Assembly: GCA_001730085.1 (NCBI GenBank)
Contig: MDLB01000108.1
Location: forward strand, 9,119-73,118
Length of the DNA: 64,000 nt
Reading direction: 5' to 3'
DNA from: PVC group bacterium (ex Bugula neritina AB1)
GTDB lineage: Bacteria; GCA-001730085
Under the pieces are notes generated by a model. That model ran no database searches. It saw only the letters and a list, made by a program, of their open reading frames with translations, and had not been told where the DNA came from. A program made the translations under genes and the position numbers. Below, in pieces: positions 9,475 through 19,840 of the stretch (the stretch's first letter is position 1; each line of letters starts with the position of its first letter).

Positions 9475-10381
9475 ATTATGTCTAAACTACCCTAATTTAA
9501 ATATAATTAAAACAGATTTGAATCAAGATCGTCTTTCTCAAGCCTACCTTTTTTTAGGGCAAGAGGAAGTTGTTTGGGAAGCCCTAAAAGCTTTTGTGCT
9601 TCTTTTGCAGTGCTCGCAGGGTGAAAAAGAAGCGTGTGGAGAATGTGATTCATGTTTGCGGATTAAGAAAGACTTTCTTTGGGGCGCTAGTAAAGTTGAA
9701 CCTTCTGGTCGAGCAAACTCTATTAAGCTTGAAGATATCTCTACTTTGCAATCAAAAGTGGCCACAAAGCCAATGGGCTTAGCCTATCATGTTTGCTTTA
9801 TCAAAGATGTTCAATGCTTTGAAAAAGTGGCTGCGAATGCTTTTCTTAAAGTTTTGGAAGAACCACCACCTTCAACTGTTTGGATTTTGTCAGCGCCACA
9901 TCAACAAGTGGTTTTAGATACACTGGCCTCTCGTTGTCGGAAAATCATTTTAAACGCGGATCCTGAAAGTCAAATCATAAAAAAATATTTTGAAGAAGAT
10001 GATTTGTTTTGTTCAGGGCTTTTGGAAGTGCTTGCTGGGGAGTCAGATCTCTCTCTTTCTTCTTTTGTTGATAAAATGTACGAATACCTAGAAAAAGATA
10101 AAGAAAAAAATCATAAAAAATATATATCAATGGTTATCAATATCTTTGCTGTGATTATAAGGAATAGTTATGTCTATGAGAAGTGTGATGTTTCTCAAAT
10201 TGAACTAGTTGCACCTTGTTTAAGAAGTGTTTCTGAAAAAGCCGCTAATAGTTGGTCTGTGAAGACAAAAGAAGACATTTTAGAGCGGTCGTCAAATTTA
10301 AAGAGAGATGAGTTTTTTAATGTGAACTTTAAAACAGGTTTGAGCTATTTGATGAGTCCTTTAAGTGAGCAAGCCGGATGA
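9458..10381 (+). CDS. holB: DNA polymerase III delta' subunit
   Basis: AYLFLG, Zn motif C...CGECDSC, AANAFLKVLEEPP, TLASRC; canonical tmk-holB order. Confidence 0.9.
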   Translation: MSSLHELCLNYPNLNIIKTDLNQDRLSQAYLFLGQEEVVWEALKAFVLLLQCSQGEKEACGECDSCLRIKKDFLWGASKVEPSGRANSIKLEDISTLQSKVATKPMGLAYHVCFIKDVQCFEKVAANAFLKVLEEPPPSTVWILSAPHQQVVLDTLASRCRKIILNADPESQIIKKYFEEDDLFCSGLLEVLAGESDLSLSSFVDKMYEYLEKDKEKNHKKYISMVINIFAVIIRNSYVYEKCDVSQIELVAPCLRSVSEKAANSWSVKTKEDILERSSNLKRDEFFNVNFKTGLSYLMSPLSEQAG

Positions 10382-11190
10382 TCAAGATTGTCACAGTGAG
10401 ACTGGGATTAGCAGGAAAGCTGGTTGATTATGATGCCGGATTGTTAAATGTTTCTATTGGAAATATTTGCATCGTGGAGGATGATAGAGGGAAGCATTAC
10501 GCAGAAGTTGTCGACTATTCTCAAATCAAAGAGTCGATATGTCCGACATCGAAATCTCCTAAGATTTTAAGATTGGCAACAAAAGAAGATCAAGAGCAAA
10601 TCAAAAAAAACAGAGAAGATATCTTTCAGAAAAAACAAGTGGCGCAACAGAAGGTTAAGCAAAGCTCCTTGGCTATGAAAATCATAGATATGGAGTATGT
10701 GTTTGATCGTTCTAAAGTTATATGCTATTTTTCAGCGAAAGGACGTGTGGACTTTCGCCGATTAGTTTTAAAGCTTGCCAGAATGTTTCATTTAAGGGTA
10801 GAGTTAAGACAAATAGGTGTGAGAGATCATGCTCGTCTAAAAGGAGGATTCGGTAGATGTGGAAGAGAGCTATGTTGTTCTTCCCATCTTAAAAAGTTTC
10901 ACCATGTGTCGATTAAAATGGAAAAAGAGCAAAACTTGGCGTCTTTACCGGGGAACTCTTTGGGTGTCTGTGGGAGATTGATGTGTTGTTTGGCTTATGA
11001 ATATGATCTGTACAAAAACTTTCGAAAAAATATTTACCCAAAAGGTACAGCCTTAGAGTTAAAAATGGGAAAAGGAACTGTTGTTGATGTTGATATCCTA
11101 AAGCAACAGTTAAAAATTGAACTGTGGGAAACAAGACAAATTGTAAAGTGTGGCCTTTCGGATGTTCAAAAAGTGATTAAAGTTTCTTAA
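10378..11190 (+). CDS. ricT: PSP1-domain protein (RicT/YaaT family)
   Basis: RVDFR.LV, RVELRQIGVRD, GRCGRELCC, GVCGRLMCCLAYE. Confidence 0.9.
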   Translation: MIKIVTVRLGLAGKLVDYDAGLLNVSIGNICIVEDDRGKHYAEVVDYSQIKESICPTSKSPKILRLATKEDQEQIKKNREDIFQKKQVAQQKVKQSSLAMKIIDMEYVFDRSKVICYFSAKGRVDFRRLVLKLARMFHLRVELRQIGVRDHARLKGGFGRCGRELCCSSHLKKFHHVSIKMEKEQNLASLPGNSLGVCGRLMCCLAYEYDLYKNFRKNIYPKGTALELKMGKGTVVDVDILKQQLKIELWETRQIVKCGLSDVQKVIKVS

Positions 11191-11206
11191 GAAAAGGGTT
11201 TTTAAA

Positions 11207-12715
11207 ATGTCGAATTTTTATTTAACAACACCGATATATTATGTTAATGGTGAACCACATATCGGACACGCGTATACAACTATCGCTGCTGATGTTGTAG
11301 CTCGGTATCATCGCCTCGCTAAAGATGATGTTTTTTTTGCGACTGGGACGGATGAACATGGTCAAAAGATTGAAAAAGCAGCTAAAGAAAGGGGTGTAAC
11401 TCCGCAGGCTTTGACCGATGAAGTTTCGAGTGTTTTTTTGAAACTTTGGGATGCTTTAGACATAGAGTACACCTCTTTTATCCGAACAACAGATTCCTCT
11501 CATGTAGAAAAAGTTAAAGAGTTTCTAGATAAGCTTTATCAAAAAGGAGATATTTACCTTGGAGAGTATGCGGGCTGGTATTGTGTTCCTTGTGAAAGTT
11601 TTTTTCCGGAAAAGCAATTAGAAGATAAAAAATGTCCAGATTGTTCTAGGGATGTTGAAAGCTTAAAAGAAACCTGTTACTTTTTTCGTTTGTCGGCTTA
11701 TCAGGATTGGCTTATTGAATGGATAAAAAGCAATAAAGAAGGTTGGATTTCACCAGTTTCTCGTGAAAATGAAGTCTTGGGTTTGCTTAAAGAGCCATTA
11801 GAGGATCTTTGTATTTCTCGCCCTAAAGAAAGGTTGACATGGGGAGTTGAGCTTCCCTTTGACCCTCAACATGTCACGTATGTTTGGTTTGATGCTCTTA
11901 TTAATTATTACAGTGTTCTCTGTCGTGATAATCAGGAAAAAGTTTTTTGGCCGTGTGATGCTCACTTGATAGGGAAGGATATTTTGAGGCCACATGCTAT
12001 TTTTTGGCCCATTATTTTGCATGCAATGGGATTAGAATTGCCTAAAAAACTAGTTGTTCATGGGTGGTGGACTGTTCAAGGTGAAAAAATGTCCAAATCT
12101 AAAGGGAATATCTTAGATCCATATGAAATTGTTGAGGAATATGGCTTGGATGCTTTTCGTTACTTTTTGTTAAGAGAAATACCTTTTGGCTCAGATGGGG
12201 TTTTTACAAAAGAGCAGTTGATCCAAAGGGTTAATACAGAGCTTGGCAATGACTTTGGTAATTTTATTTCTAGGACATTGGGAATGTTGGATAAGTATTG
12301 CCAAGGGAATGTTCCTGTTTTTTTAAAAAATAAGACAGATTTAGAAGAAAAGATGGATGCTATTTACGAAGCGGTATGCATAAAAGTCAATGAGAACATG
12401 AAAGACTTTGCCTTTTCGCTTGCTCTCGAGAGTATCATGGAGTATGTCAGGAGTATGAATAGCTATATTGAAAATGTTTCTCCTTGGAAGTTGGCAAAAG
12501 ATCCTAAGGCAAAGGCTAGGTTGGATGATGTGATGTCTTATTTATTGCAGGCTATTATTCGAATGGTAAGATTCATGGAGCCCTTTATTCCTAAAACTGT
12601 GAATAGGGTTAAGGCTCACTTGAAAGTGACAGATAGTGAGTACGAGGGGCATGTTTTAGAAGAAGGAAAAAACATTGATAAATCACTTATTTTATTTCCA
12701 AGGATAGAAAAATGA
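11207..12715 (+). CDS. metG: Methionine--tRNA ligase (short form without C-terminal tRNA-binding domain)
   Basis: YYVNGEPHIGH, GTDEHG, YVWFDAL, KMSKS, Zn knuckle. Confidence 0.97.
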   Translation: MSNFYLTTPIYYVNGEPHIGHAYTTIAADVVARYHRLAKDDVFFATGTDEHGQKIEKAAKERGVTPQALTDEVSSVFLKLWDALDIEYTSFIRTTDSSHVEKVKEFLDKLYQKGDIYLGEYAGWYCVPCESFFPEKQLEDKKCPDCSRDVESLKETCYFFRLSAYQDWLIEWIKSNKEGWISPVSRENEVLGLLKEPLEDLCISRPKERLTWGVELPFDPQHVTYVWFDALINYYSVLCRDNQEKVFWPCDAHLIGKDILRPHAIFWPIILHAMGLELPKKLVVHGWWTVQGEKMSKSKGNILDPYEIVEEYGLDAFRYFLLREIPFGSDGVFTKEQLIQRVNTELGNDFGNFISRTLGMLDKYCQGNVPVFLKNKTDLEEKMDAIYEAVCIKVNENMKDFAFSLALESIMEYVRSMNSYIENVSPWKLAKDPKAKARLDDVMSYLLQAIIRMVRFMEPFIPKTVNRVKAHLKVTDSEYEGHVLEEGKNIDKSLILFPRIEK

Positions 12716-13473
12716 TTGATACGCATTGTCATGTTAATTTTGAAGCTTATGATGAAGATAGAGACGAGGTATTAAAAAGAGCCATAGAGGTAGGAGTTAA
12801 AACTATTTTAATACCAGGAACGACAATAGAGACCTCTGTTAGTGCCATAAGTATGGCAGAATCTTTTGATTTTATTTATGCGGCGGCAGGGGTACACCCC
12901 ACAGAGGTTAATGATGTTTCCGAAGATGTGTATCAACAGCTTTCGGATCATTTGGATCACCCAAAAGTCAAGGCTCTTGGGGAAATCGGTATGGACCTTT
13001 TTCATGATCCAACTTTGAATAAAAAGCAAAGAGAGTGTATGGAGCGTTTTGCTGATCTTTCTATTCAAAAAGATAAACCCTTAATTATTCATAACCGAGA
13101 TTCAGAAAAAGAAATGAGAGATTTTTTAAGTTCATGTTCTTTAAGAGAGACCCCAGGTGTTTTTCATTGCTTTGCTGGAGATGTAGATTTCGCGAAATGT
13201 GTTCTTGACTATGGATTTTATATCTCTTTTACGGGAATTGTGACCTTTAAAAATGCAAAAACTCTTCAGGAAGTTGCTAAGTATGTCCCATTAGATAGAA
13301 TTCTTTTGGAGACCGACTCCCCGTATTTAACGCCTCATCCGTATAGAGGGAAACGCAACGAACCTTGTCATGTCAAATTGGTTGCAGAAAAAATAGCTTC
13401 TTTAAAGGATGAATCCTTTGAGCGGATTTGTGAAGTTACAACAGCTAATGCTTGTGGTTTATTTGACTTTTAG
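12712..13473 (+). CDS. tatD: TatD family nuclease (YcfH-like)
   Basis: DTHCH, GVHP, GEIGMD, IIHNRD, HCF, ETDSPYL.P.PYRGKRNEP. Confidence 0.93.
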   Translation: MIDTHCHVNFEAYDEDRDEVLKRAIEVGVKTILIPGTTIETSVSAISMAESFDFIYAAAGVHPTEVNDVSEDVYQQLSDHLDHPKVKALGEIGMDLFHDPTLNKKQRECMERFADLSIQKDKPLIIHNRDSEKEMRDFLSSCSLRETPGVFHCFAGDVDFAKCVLDYGFYISFTGIVTFKNAKTLQEVAKYVPLDRILLETDSPYLTPHPYRGKRNEPCHVKLVAEKIASLKDESFERICEVTTANACGLFDF

Positions 13474-13500
13474 AGCTTTTTGAGACATTTATTGAAAAAT

Positions 13501-13548
13501 ATCTCTTGCTTTTTTAAGAATGCGAGGCAGAGATTTTTTTATTTTTTT
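13501..13548 (+). terminator. Probable intrinsic terminator after tatD
   Basis: ATCTCTTGC...GCAGAGAT imperfect stem followed by T tracts. Confidence 0.5.
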
Positions 13549-13922
13549 CGAGATTAGAGCTAGCTATATATTTATAAAGAAAGGTGAACGAAAGTTAATC
13601 CTCTGCTTCAGCAATAGCTTAGTGATCGTTTAAAACGTTTTTTAGTGAAGTTCTTTTTTGTTTTAAAAATACTTTTGCAAATCAGGTGTTTTTAGAGGAT
13701 AATAGTATATTAAGAGTAATTATTTATACAAGATTTTTATGTAGTACCCTCTGCTTTTTCTAACTTAATGCTTTATACTTTTTTTACTTGTAGAAGTCTT
13801 CGTAATCTTTTATAGATAGTTTTTTGATTCTAATCTTTTTGTAAAAGGACGCTATGAGTACCTTGTCAGGGGCTTTTTACCCTTTTCAATATATGAAATA
13901 TTTATGGAGATAAGATATAGTT

Positions 13923-15218
13923 ATGCGACGTATATTAGGTTTGTTTTTTGTTTTTCTTATAATCATGGGTTGTGGTTCTTCTGAAGGTCGTCAGGGTATG
14001 GAGGTTGTTACTCTTGGAGTTTGGGGAACACCTCAAGAATTGAAAATTATAAAAAAGATTATCTCTGACTGGGAAAAGAAAAATCCAAAAGTTAAAGTTC
14101 GTATAAATCATACGAACTATTCCGGATATACAAGCAAAATTTTAACGCAGGTTTCTGGAGGAGTGGCGCCGGATATTATTTGTACAGAAGTTGATATGTT
14201 TGTTAACTACGCTAAAAAAGGGCTTTTTGAGCCACTAAACCTTTATATTGAGAATGATGAAGATTTTCATGTGGAAGATTTTTTTTCGGAAGTTATTGAT
14301 CGATTTTCTCTTGATGGGAATCTGTACGCGCTTCCTAGAGATACGGCACCGTTCGCCTGTGTTTTCTATAATAAAGATCTCTTTGATCAAGCTGGAATTC
14401 CTTACCCTAAAGATGATTGGGATTGGGCAAACATGTTGGATTTGGCACAAAAACTAACTAAATTCGATCAAAAAGGCATGGTTGAGCAATATGGTTTTTA
14501 TACGTGGGCTTGGAAAAACTTTGTTTTTAGTAATGGGGGAAGAATTGTTGATAATGTGAAAAACCCTAAGAGACTTCTTTTGGGGGAAGATGAAGCTATC
14601 GAAGGCTTGAACTTTTATGTTGACTTGATTCATAAATACCGTGTAATGCCATCACCAGAAGCATTTTCAAACCTAGGGATGGGTATTCAAACAATGTTTA
14701 CCTCGGGGAGATTGGCTATGTTTGCTTCTGGGATATGGGAAACCCCAACTTTAAGAGATAAAACAATGGCGATGAGAGCGAAGGGTATGGATTTTCGTTG
14801 GGATGTTGTTATGTTTCCTAAGGGGAATAGCGGAATCAGAGGTTTTGGTACTGGGGGTTCTGGTTATGGGATATTGAAAACCTCACGTCATAAAAAACAA
14901 GCTTGGGAAGTTCTTAAGGCTCTATGTAGTGAAGAAGGGCAAAAAATGTTAGTTTTATCAGGCTTAGCTCAGCCAGCAAATAGTCGTATTTCGAAGAGTG
15001 ATTTGTGGTCGAAAAGTGAAAGTTTGCCTAAAAACAAAGGTATGCTTAATGAGGCTGTTAAGTATGTTCACTATGATCCGTTTCATTCTAGATGGAGAGA
15101 AATTTACCAACAATATATTCTCTCAAACCTTGAGCTGGTTTTTAATGGCAAGAAAAAGGCAAAGGAAGTTATTGAGGCGTTTCTTCCTATCGTAGATCAA
15201 AAACTTCAAGAGGGGTAA
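13923..15218 (+). CDS. Sugar ABC-type substrate-binding lipoprotein (SBP family 1)
   Basis: Lipobox IIMG-C, APDII, GNLYALP, FYNKDLFDQAGIPYP..W.W, F.SGRLAM. Confidence 0.88.
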   Translation: MRRILGLFFVFLIIMGCGSSEGRQGMEVVTLGVWGTPQELKIIKKIISDWEKKNPKVKVRINHTNYSGYTSKILTQVSGGVAPDIICTEVDMFVNYAKKGLFEPLNLYIENDEDFHVEDFFSEVIDRFSLDGNLYALPRDTAPFACVFYNKDLFDQAGIPYPKDDWDWANMLDLAQKLTKFDQKGMVEQYGFYTWAWKNFVFSNGGRIVDNVKNPKRLLLGEDEAIEGLNFYVDLIHKYRVMPSPEAFSNLGMGIQTMFTSGRLAMFASGIWETPTLRDKTMAMRAKGMDFRWDVVMFPKGNSGIRGFGTGGSGYGILKTSRHKKQAWEVLKALCSEEGQKMLVLSGLAQPANSRISKSDLWSKSESLPKNKGMLNEAVKYVHYDPFHSRWREIYQQYILSNLELVFNGKKKAKEVIEAFLPIVDQKLQEG

Positions 15219-15224
15219 GCTTTT

Positions 15225-16529
15225 ATGCCTTGGGGCATGACACTTTTTTTTTTCTTTTTTGTGTGCAAGATAGCGTTTTGTGTTGATGAGAAATTACCTG
15301 AAACTTATTTGGATTCCATAGCTTTAGGTGATCACTATTTTCAATCACAGGATTATTTTTTGGCATTTGAAACTTATTTGAAAGGTGCGAATGTACTAAG
15401 TGATAGACCCGAAATACATTATAGATTGGGTCGTTTGTATGGTCTTTTAGAACCTCAAAAAGCTCTGTGCGACAAAGAATATATTGTTGCAATAACCTTG
15501 ATGTTAAAAAAAATTCCTAAAATTCATCAATTGAGTGCGAGTCATTTTCGTTGTCTTTTAGAGATTCCCATAGACCCAAAAGAACAGGCAGATAAGAACT
15601 TTTTAAACCCTGTTTCTGTCATAAAAACAGACCTAGATAAAGATGAAAGTAAAGAGTGTTTTGTTTTATTTAAAAGAGGTAATTATGCATACACACTTTT
15701 TGTGATTGATTTTTTTGATAAATTGCCACGTGTGAGTCATTTAGCCACTTTTTTCACGGGGATATCTGGAGATGCGAGCATCTTATTTGAAGATCTTAAT
15801 AAGGATGGAGTAGAAGAGATTGTTGTTGAAAGTCGCATGAAAGATTTTTTAAACCTTTTTGTTTTTCAAAAAACAGTTAAAAAAGATTATCAGGAAGTTT
15901 TAAGTTTACCGGCTCTTTGGGGTGCGGAGTACTTTTTTCTTGATTTTGATGGGGATCAAGCCAAAGAAATAGAGGTGTATGAAAAGATACGTGAAGATAA
16001 GGGTGAGGCTCGCTTTTCTGAAAACGGGCTTTGCTTAACCCAGAGGTCAATTTATTTTTGGCTTGAGAATAGATTAAAGTTGTTCAGTTCAGAGGTGGTG
16101 CATGATGACGCGTATGTTATAAATAAGTTTTTTTTAGAAATTATAAACGGTAAAGATGTCTCTTTCACAAGAGCCTATGAATATATTCATCCTGATTATT
16201 TTTTTGGATTTTTAAATCATGATAATGCTAGGGTGCAAAATTTAAAAGATTTTTTTCAACAAGAAGATTATCAAGATTTCTTGGGAAAAAAAATCAAAAA
16301 AATTGATATTTTTAAAAATATTCGGTTTGAAAAAGATGAAAGGTATAATAGTTACTTGGGGTGGGATGAAGATAGGAAGTCGCCTGATGTTGCCAAAGAA
16401 GAAGTTGCTTACAGGGTTTATTTGAATGAAAAAACTTATCTCCTTGTTCTGAGGAATAGAGGGGAATGGAGAATTGAAGAATTTAGTAGGATTAAGAATA
16501 AAGAAGAAGGCTGGATGTTTTCTAAGTGA
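15225..16529 (+). CDS. Secreted protein with TPR-like N-terminus and three DxDxDG-type (FG-GAP/VCBS-like) loops
   Basis: Signal-like N-terminus; LGDHYF...PEIHYRLGRLY; DLDKDESKE, DLNKDGVEEI, DFDGDQAKEI. Confidence 0.55.
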   Translation: MPWGMTLFFFFFVCKIAFCVDEKLPETYLDSIALGDHYFQSQDYFLAFETYLKGANVLSDRPEIHYRLGRLYGLLEPQKALCDKEYIVAITLMLKKIPKIHQLSASHFRCLLEIPIDPKEQADKNFLNPVSVIKTDLDKDESKECFVLFKRGNYAYTLFVIDFFDKLPRVSHLATFFTGISGDASILFEDLNKDGVEEIVVESRMKDFLNLFVFQKTVKKDYQEVLSLPALWGAEYFFLDFDGDQAKEIEVYEKIREDKGEARFSENGLCLTQRSIYFWLENRLKLFSSEVVHDDAYVINKFFLEIINGKDVSFTRAYEYIHPDYFFGFLNHDNARVQNLKDFFQQEDYQDFLGKKIKKIDIFKNIRFEKDERYNSYLGWDEDRKSPDVAKEEVAYRVYLNEKTYLLVLRNRGEWRIEEFSRIKNKEEGWMFSK

Positions 16530-16663
16530 TTATTATGCCAGATTTTTTATGACGATATTTTTTTTGCTTTTTTCACTGTTAAAAAAGTTTTTTCTTGTTT
16601 TATGTTTTTTAAGTATAGAAATTTAGATTTATTTAAGATCTATTTTGGAGAAAGAAAAGTTTT

Positions 16664-18037
16664 ATGTGCGGAGTTTTTGGAGTTCAAGGCAGTTTAGATG
16701 CCACAAAATATACATTTCTTGGTTTGTATGCTTTGCAGCACCGTGGAGAGGAGAGCGCAGGTATTGTCACTTTTAATCGTGAAAAAGCCAATATAGTTAA
16801 AGGTTGTGGACTGGTTGAAGAAGTTTTTAAAAAAGTTAACTTAGATGAGATTCAAGGGTCACTCGCTATGGGGCATGTCCGTTATTCGACAACAGGTTCC
16901 AGTAATGATATTAATGTCCAACCGTTTATGGTTAAGCATAGGGGAAAGACCCTTGCTGTTGTTCATAATGGGAATTTGACGAATACGAGTTTTCTTAGTC
17001 AACAACTGGAATCTTCAGGTTCTATATTTCAAACGAGTATGGACTCCGAAATTTTGATTCACCTTTTAGCAAAGTCTTCGGAAGATGATTTAGAAAATAA
17101 ATTTGTTGAAGCCTTGGGACATGTTGAGGGAGCTTATTCTGCTCTTTTTATGGTTGATGATATTTTAGTGGGTGCTCGAGACCCTTATGGAGTTAGGCCA
17201 CTATCGCTTGGAAAGAAAGATGGAGCTTATTTTTTCACAAGTGAAACGTGTGCATTTGACTTGGTTGGTGTCGAGTATATTAGAGATATTGCGAGAGGTG
17301 AGATTGTCTTTATATATCCAGATGGTAAGATAGCTTCGAAACAGATGAAAAAAGCAAAGGCCTCTAGGTGCGTTTTTGAGCAGGTTTATTTTGCTAGACC
17401 AGATAGTCTTGTTTTTGGCCAAAGTATTTCTAAACAACGCAAAAGGTTGGGACATGTTTTGGCTGAAGAGAGTTTTGTGGATGCAGATATGGTATTAGCT
17501 GTTCCTGATTCGGGGAATTTTGCGGCTATGGGGTATGCCGAAAAATCAGGGATTCCTTTTGAAATGGGTATTGTTAGGAATCACTATATAGGGAGAACTT
17601 TTATAAAATCTTCACAATTAATAAGAGAGTTCTCTGTGAAAATTAAGCTTAACCCCATACGAGACTTGGTTGATGGAAAAAAGATAGTTTTAGTGGATGA
17701 TTCTATTGTTAGGGGTACGACCAGTAAGCGAAGAGTTGAGGCTTTGAGAGAGTGTGGGGCGAAGGAGATTCATATGAGAGTAAGCTGTCCGCCTGTGGTT
17801 AGTCCTTGCTTTTATGGTATGGACTTTCCTTCCACAAAGGACTTGATTGGTGCTCAAAAGTCTGTTGAGGCTATTGGGGATCATATTGGCGTTGACTCTT
17901 TAAGTTATCTTAGTTTGCAGGGCATGAAAAATGCTTTAAATGGAGAAAAAGATGAATTTTGTGATGCTTGTTTTTCTAAGAGTTATCCTATAAAGGTTGA
18001 CCAGTCAGCCAATAAGTATGTTATGGAGAATGCTTAA
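16664..18037 (+). CDS. purF: Amidophosphoribosyltransferase
   Basis: N-terminal MCG, LQHRG, GHVRYSTTG, VDDSIVRGTT, Fe-S cysteines. Confidence 0.97.
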   Translation: MCGVFGVQGSLDATKYTFLGLYALQHRGEESAGIVTFNREKANIVKGCGLVEEVFKKVNLDEIQGSLAMGHVRYSTTGSSNDINVQPFMVKHRGKTLAVVHNGNLTNTSFLSQQLESSGSIFQTSMDSEILIHLLAKSSEDDLENKFVEALGHVEGAYSALFMVDDILVGARDPYGVRPLSLGKKDGAYFFTSETCAFDLVGVEYIRDIARGEIVFIYPDGKIASKQMKKAKASRCVFEQVYFARPDSLVFGQSISKQRKRLGHVLAEESFVDADMVLAVPDSGNFAAMGYAEKSGIPFEMGIVRNHYIGRTFIKSSQLIREFSVKIKLNPIRDLVDGKKIVLVDDSIVRGTTSKRRVEALRECGAKEIHMRVSCPPVVSPCFYGMDFPSTKDLIGAQKSVEAIGDHIGVDSLSYLSLQGMKNALNGEKDEFCDACFSKSYPIKVDQSANKYVMENA

Positions 18038-18040
18038 GCC

Positions 18041-18772
18041 ATGAAAGGTGTTATTTTGGCTGGAGGGTTAGGGACAAGACTGATGCCTCTTACAAAAGTC
18101 ACGAATAAGCACTTGTTACCGATTTATGATAAACCCATGATCTATTATCCTCTAGAGCTTTTGGTTCAAGCTCAGATTAAAGATATCATGATTGTTACAG
18201 GTGGTAATGAGGCTGGTGGATTTTTAAGGCTGCTGGGTAATGGTAAGAACTTTGGGGTAAAGCAGTTGCATTATGCTTATCAGGAGGGGGAAGGTGGCAT
18301 CGCAGAGGCATTAGGCTTGGCAGAGGACTTTGTTGATGATGAACCTTTTGTGGTTGTTTTGGGTGATAATATTTTTGAAAAAAGTATACTTTCTATCGTT
18401 GAATCTTTCAAAAGTCAAAAAGTTGGAGCCAGGGTTGCTTTAAAAAAAGTTGAAGATCCTTCTCGCTTTGGGGTTCCATCTATCAAGGATGGTCGGATTT
18501 CCTGTATTGAAGAGAAGCCTGAGAATCCTAAAAGCTCTTATGCTGTAACGGGGTTGTATTTTTATCACCCAGATGTTTTTGATATTGTAAAGACGCTTAA
18601 GCCTTCTTCAAGAGGAGAGTTAGAAATATCTGATGTTAATAATCACTATGTCCATAAAGGGGAGATGCTTTTTGATGAGATAGATGGTTGGTGGAGTGAT
18701 GCAGGTACCATTACATCTCTTTATAGGACAAATCAGCTTGTTGCTTCTTTAAGGGAGAAAGAAAGTTTATGA
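18041..18772 (+). CDS. rfbA: Glucose-1-phosphate thymidylyltransferase (short, SpsI-like)
   Basis: GVILAGGLGTRL.PLT...NKHLLPIYDKPMI, EKP, SRGELEISD. Confidence 0.88.
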   Translation: MKGVILAGGLGTRLMPLTKVTNKHLLPIYDKPMIYYPLELLVQAQIKDIMIVTGGNEAGGFLRLLGNGKNFGVKQLHYAYQEGEGGIAEALGLAEDFVDDEPFVVVLGDNIFEKSILSIVESFKSQKVGARVALKKVEDPSRFGVPSIKDGRISCIEEKPENPKSSYAVTGLYFYHPDVFDIVKTLKPSSRGELEISDVNNHYVHKGEMLFDEIDGWWSDAGTITSLYRTNQLVASLREKESL

Positions 18773-19722
18773 TTAATGTTTTGATAACAGGAGGTGCGGG
18801 TTTTATAGGCTCTTGTTTTGCAAGAACAGCTGCTTTAGAAAAGGCTGATTGGAACTGTGTTGTTTTGGATAAATTGACATATGCTGGATCGGAAACAAAT
18901 TTGGAACCTGTAAGTGATAAGGTGACTTTTGTTAAAGGTGATATTGCAGATACAGATTTGTTGAATAGGTTGTTCCAAAAGTATGAGTTTAGAGTTGTTG
19001 TGAATTTTGCAGCAGAAACCCATGTTGATCGCTCGATCAAGAATCCGGAAGCTTTTATAACGAATGATATTATAGGGGCGTATCGATTGTTAGAGGTTTG
19101 TAAAAGTTATGATTTAGATCAATTTGTTCAAATAAGTACGGATGAGGTTTATGGTGAAGTATTAGAGGGGTTCTCGGTGGAGACGGATCCTCTTATGCCA
19201 AGAAACCCATATTCAGCGAGTAAGTGTGCCTCTGATAGATTGGCTTTTTCTTACTTTGCAACATATGATCTACCTGTTGTGATTTCGAGATGTTCAAATA
19301 ATTATGGTCCTTACCAGCATCCAGAGAAACTTATCCCGTTATTTGTCACAAGGTTGATGGAGGGTAAGAAAGTTCCCCTCTATGGAGATGGCATGAATAT
19401 CCGAGACTGGCTCTATGTGGAAGACCATGTTAGAGCTATTTTTTGTTTGATTGATAAGGCGGAAATAGGCGAAGTTTATAATATTAGTGCTAACGAAGAG
19501 CACGTGAATAAAGAAATTACTCATATGATCTTAGAAGAAATGTCCTTAGGGTTGGAAAGAATAGAGTATGTGGAAGATAGAGTGGGGCATGACCGCAGAT
19601 ACTCTATGAATAGTCAAAAAATAAGAGATCTCGGTTGGAAGCCTCGCTACTCTTTTCAGGAATCGTTTTCTAAAACTGTTCAGTGGTATAGGCAGAACGA
19701 GTCTTGGTGGAAGTCATTATAA
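18769..19722 (+). CDS. rfbB: dTDP-glucose 4,6-dehydratase
   Basis: TGGAGFIG, DKLTYAG, AAETHVDRSI, STDEVYG, YSASK, NNYGPYQHPEKLIP, GHDRRY. Confidence 0.95.
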   Translation: MINVLITGGAGFIGSCFARTAALEKADWNCVVLDKLTYAGSETNLEPVSDKVTFVKGDIADTDLLNRLFQKYEFRVVVNFAAETHVDRSIKNPEAFITNDIIGAYRLLEVCKSYDLDQFVQISTDEVYGEVLEGFSVETDPLMPRNPYSASKCASDRLAFSYFATYDLPVVISRCSNNYGPYQHPEKLIPLFVTRLMEGKKVPLYGDGMNIRDWLYVEDHVRAIFCLIDKAEIGEVYNISANEEHVNKEITHMILEEMSLGLERIEYVEDRVGHDRRYSMNSQKIRDLGWKPRYSFQESFSKTVQWYRQNESWWKSL

Positions 19723-19840
19723 AGATTATTTTTTTTGAATCTAGATTTTGGCTTAAGACAGCCTGACTTTAGTAAATTCTAGAGTGACTTTGATTAAAAT
19801 TTCATGGTAATGTTAATTTTTTTATAAACTTAGAGGTCTA

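Noticed and set aside
9540-9600. HolB lacking a Walker A motif as a sign of pseudogenisation
   Set aside because: Delta' is a non-ATPase clamp-loader subunit with a commonly degenerate P-loop; the ORF is intact
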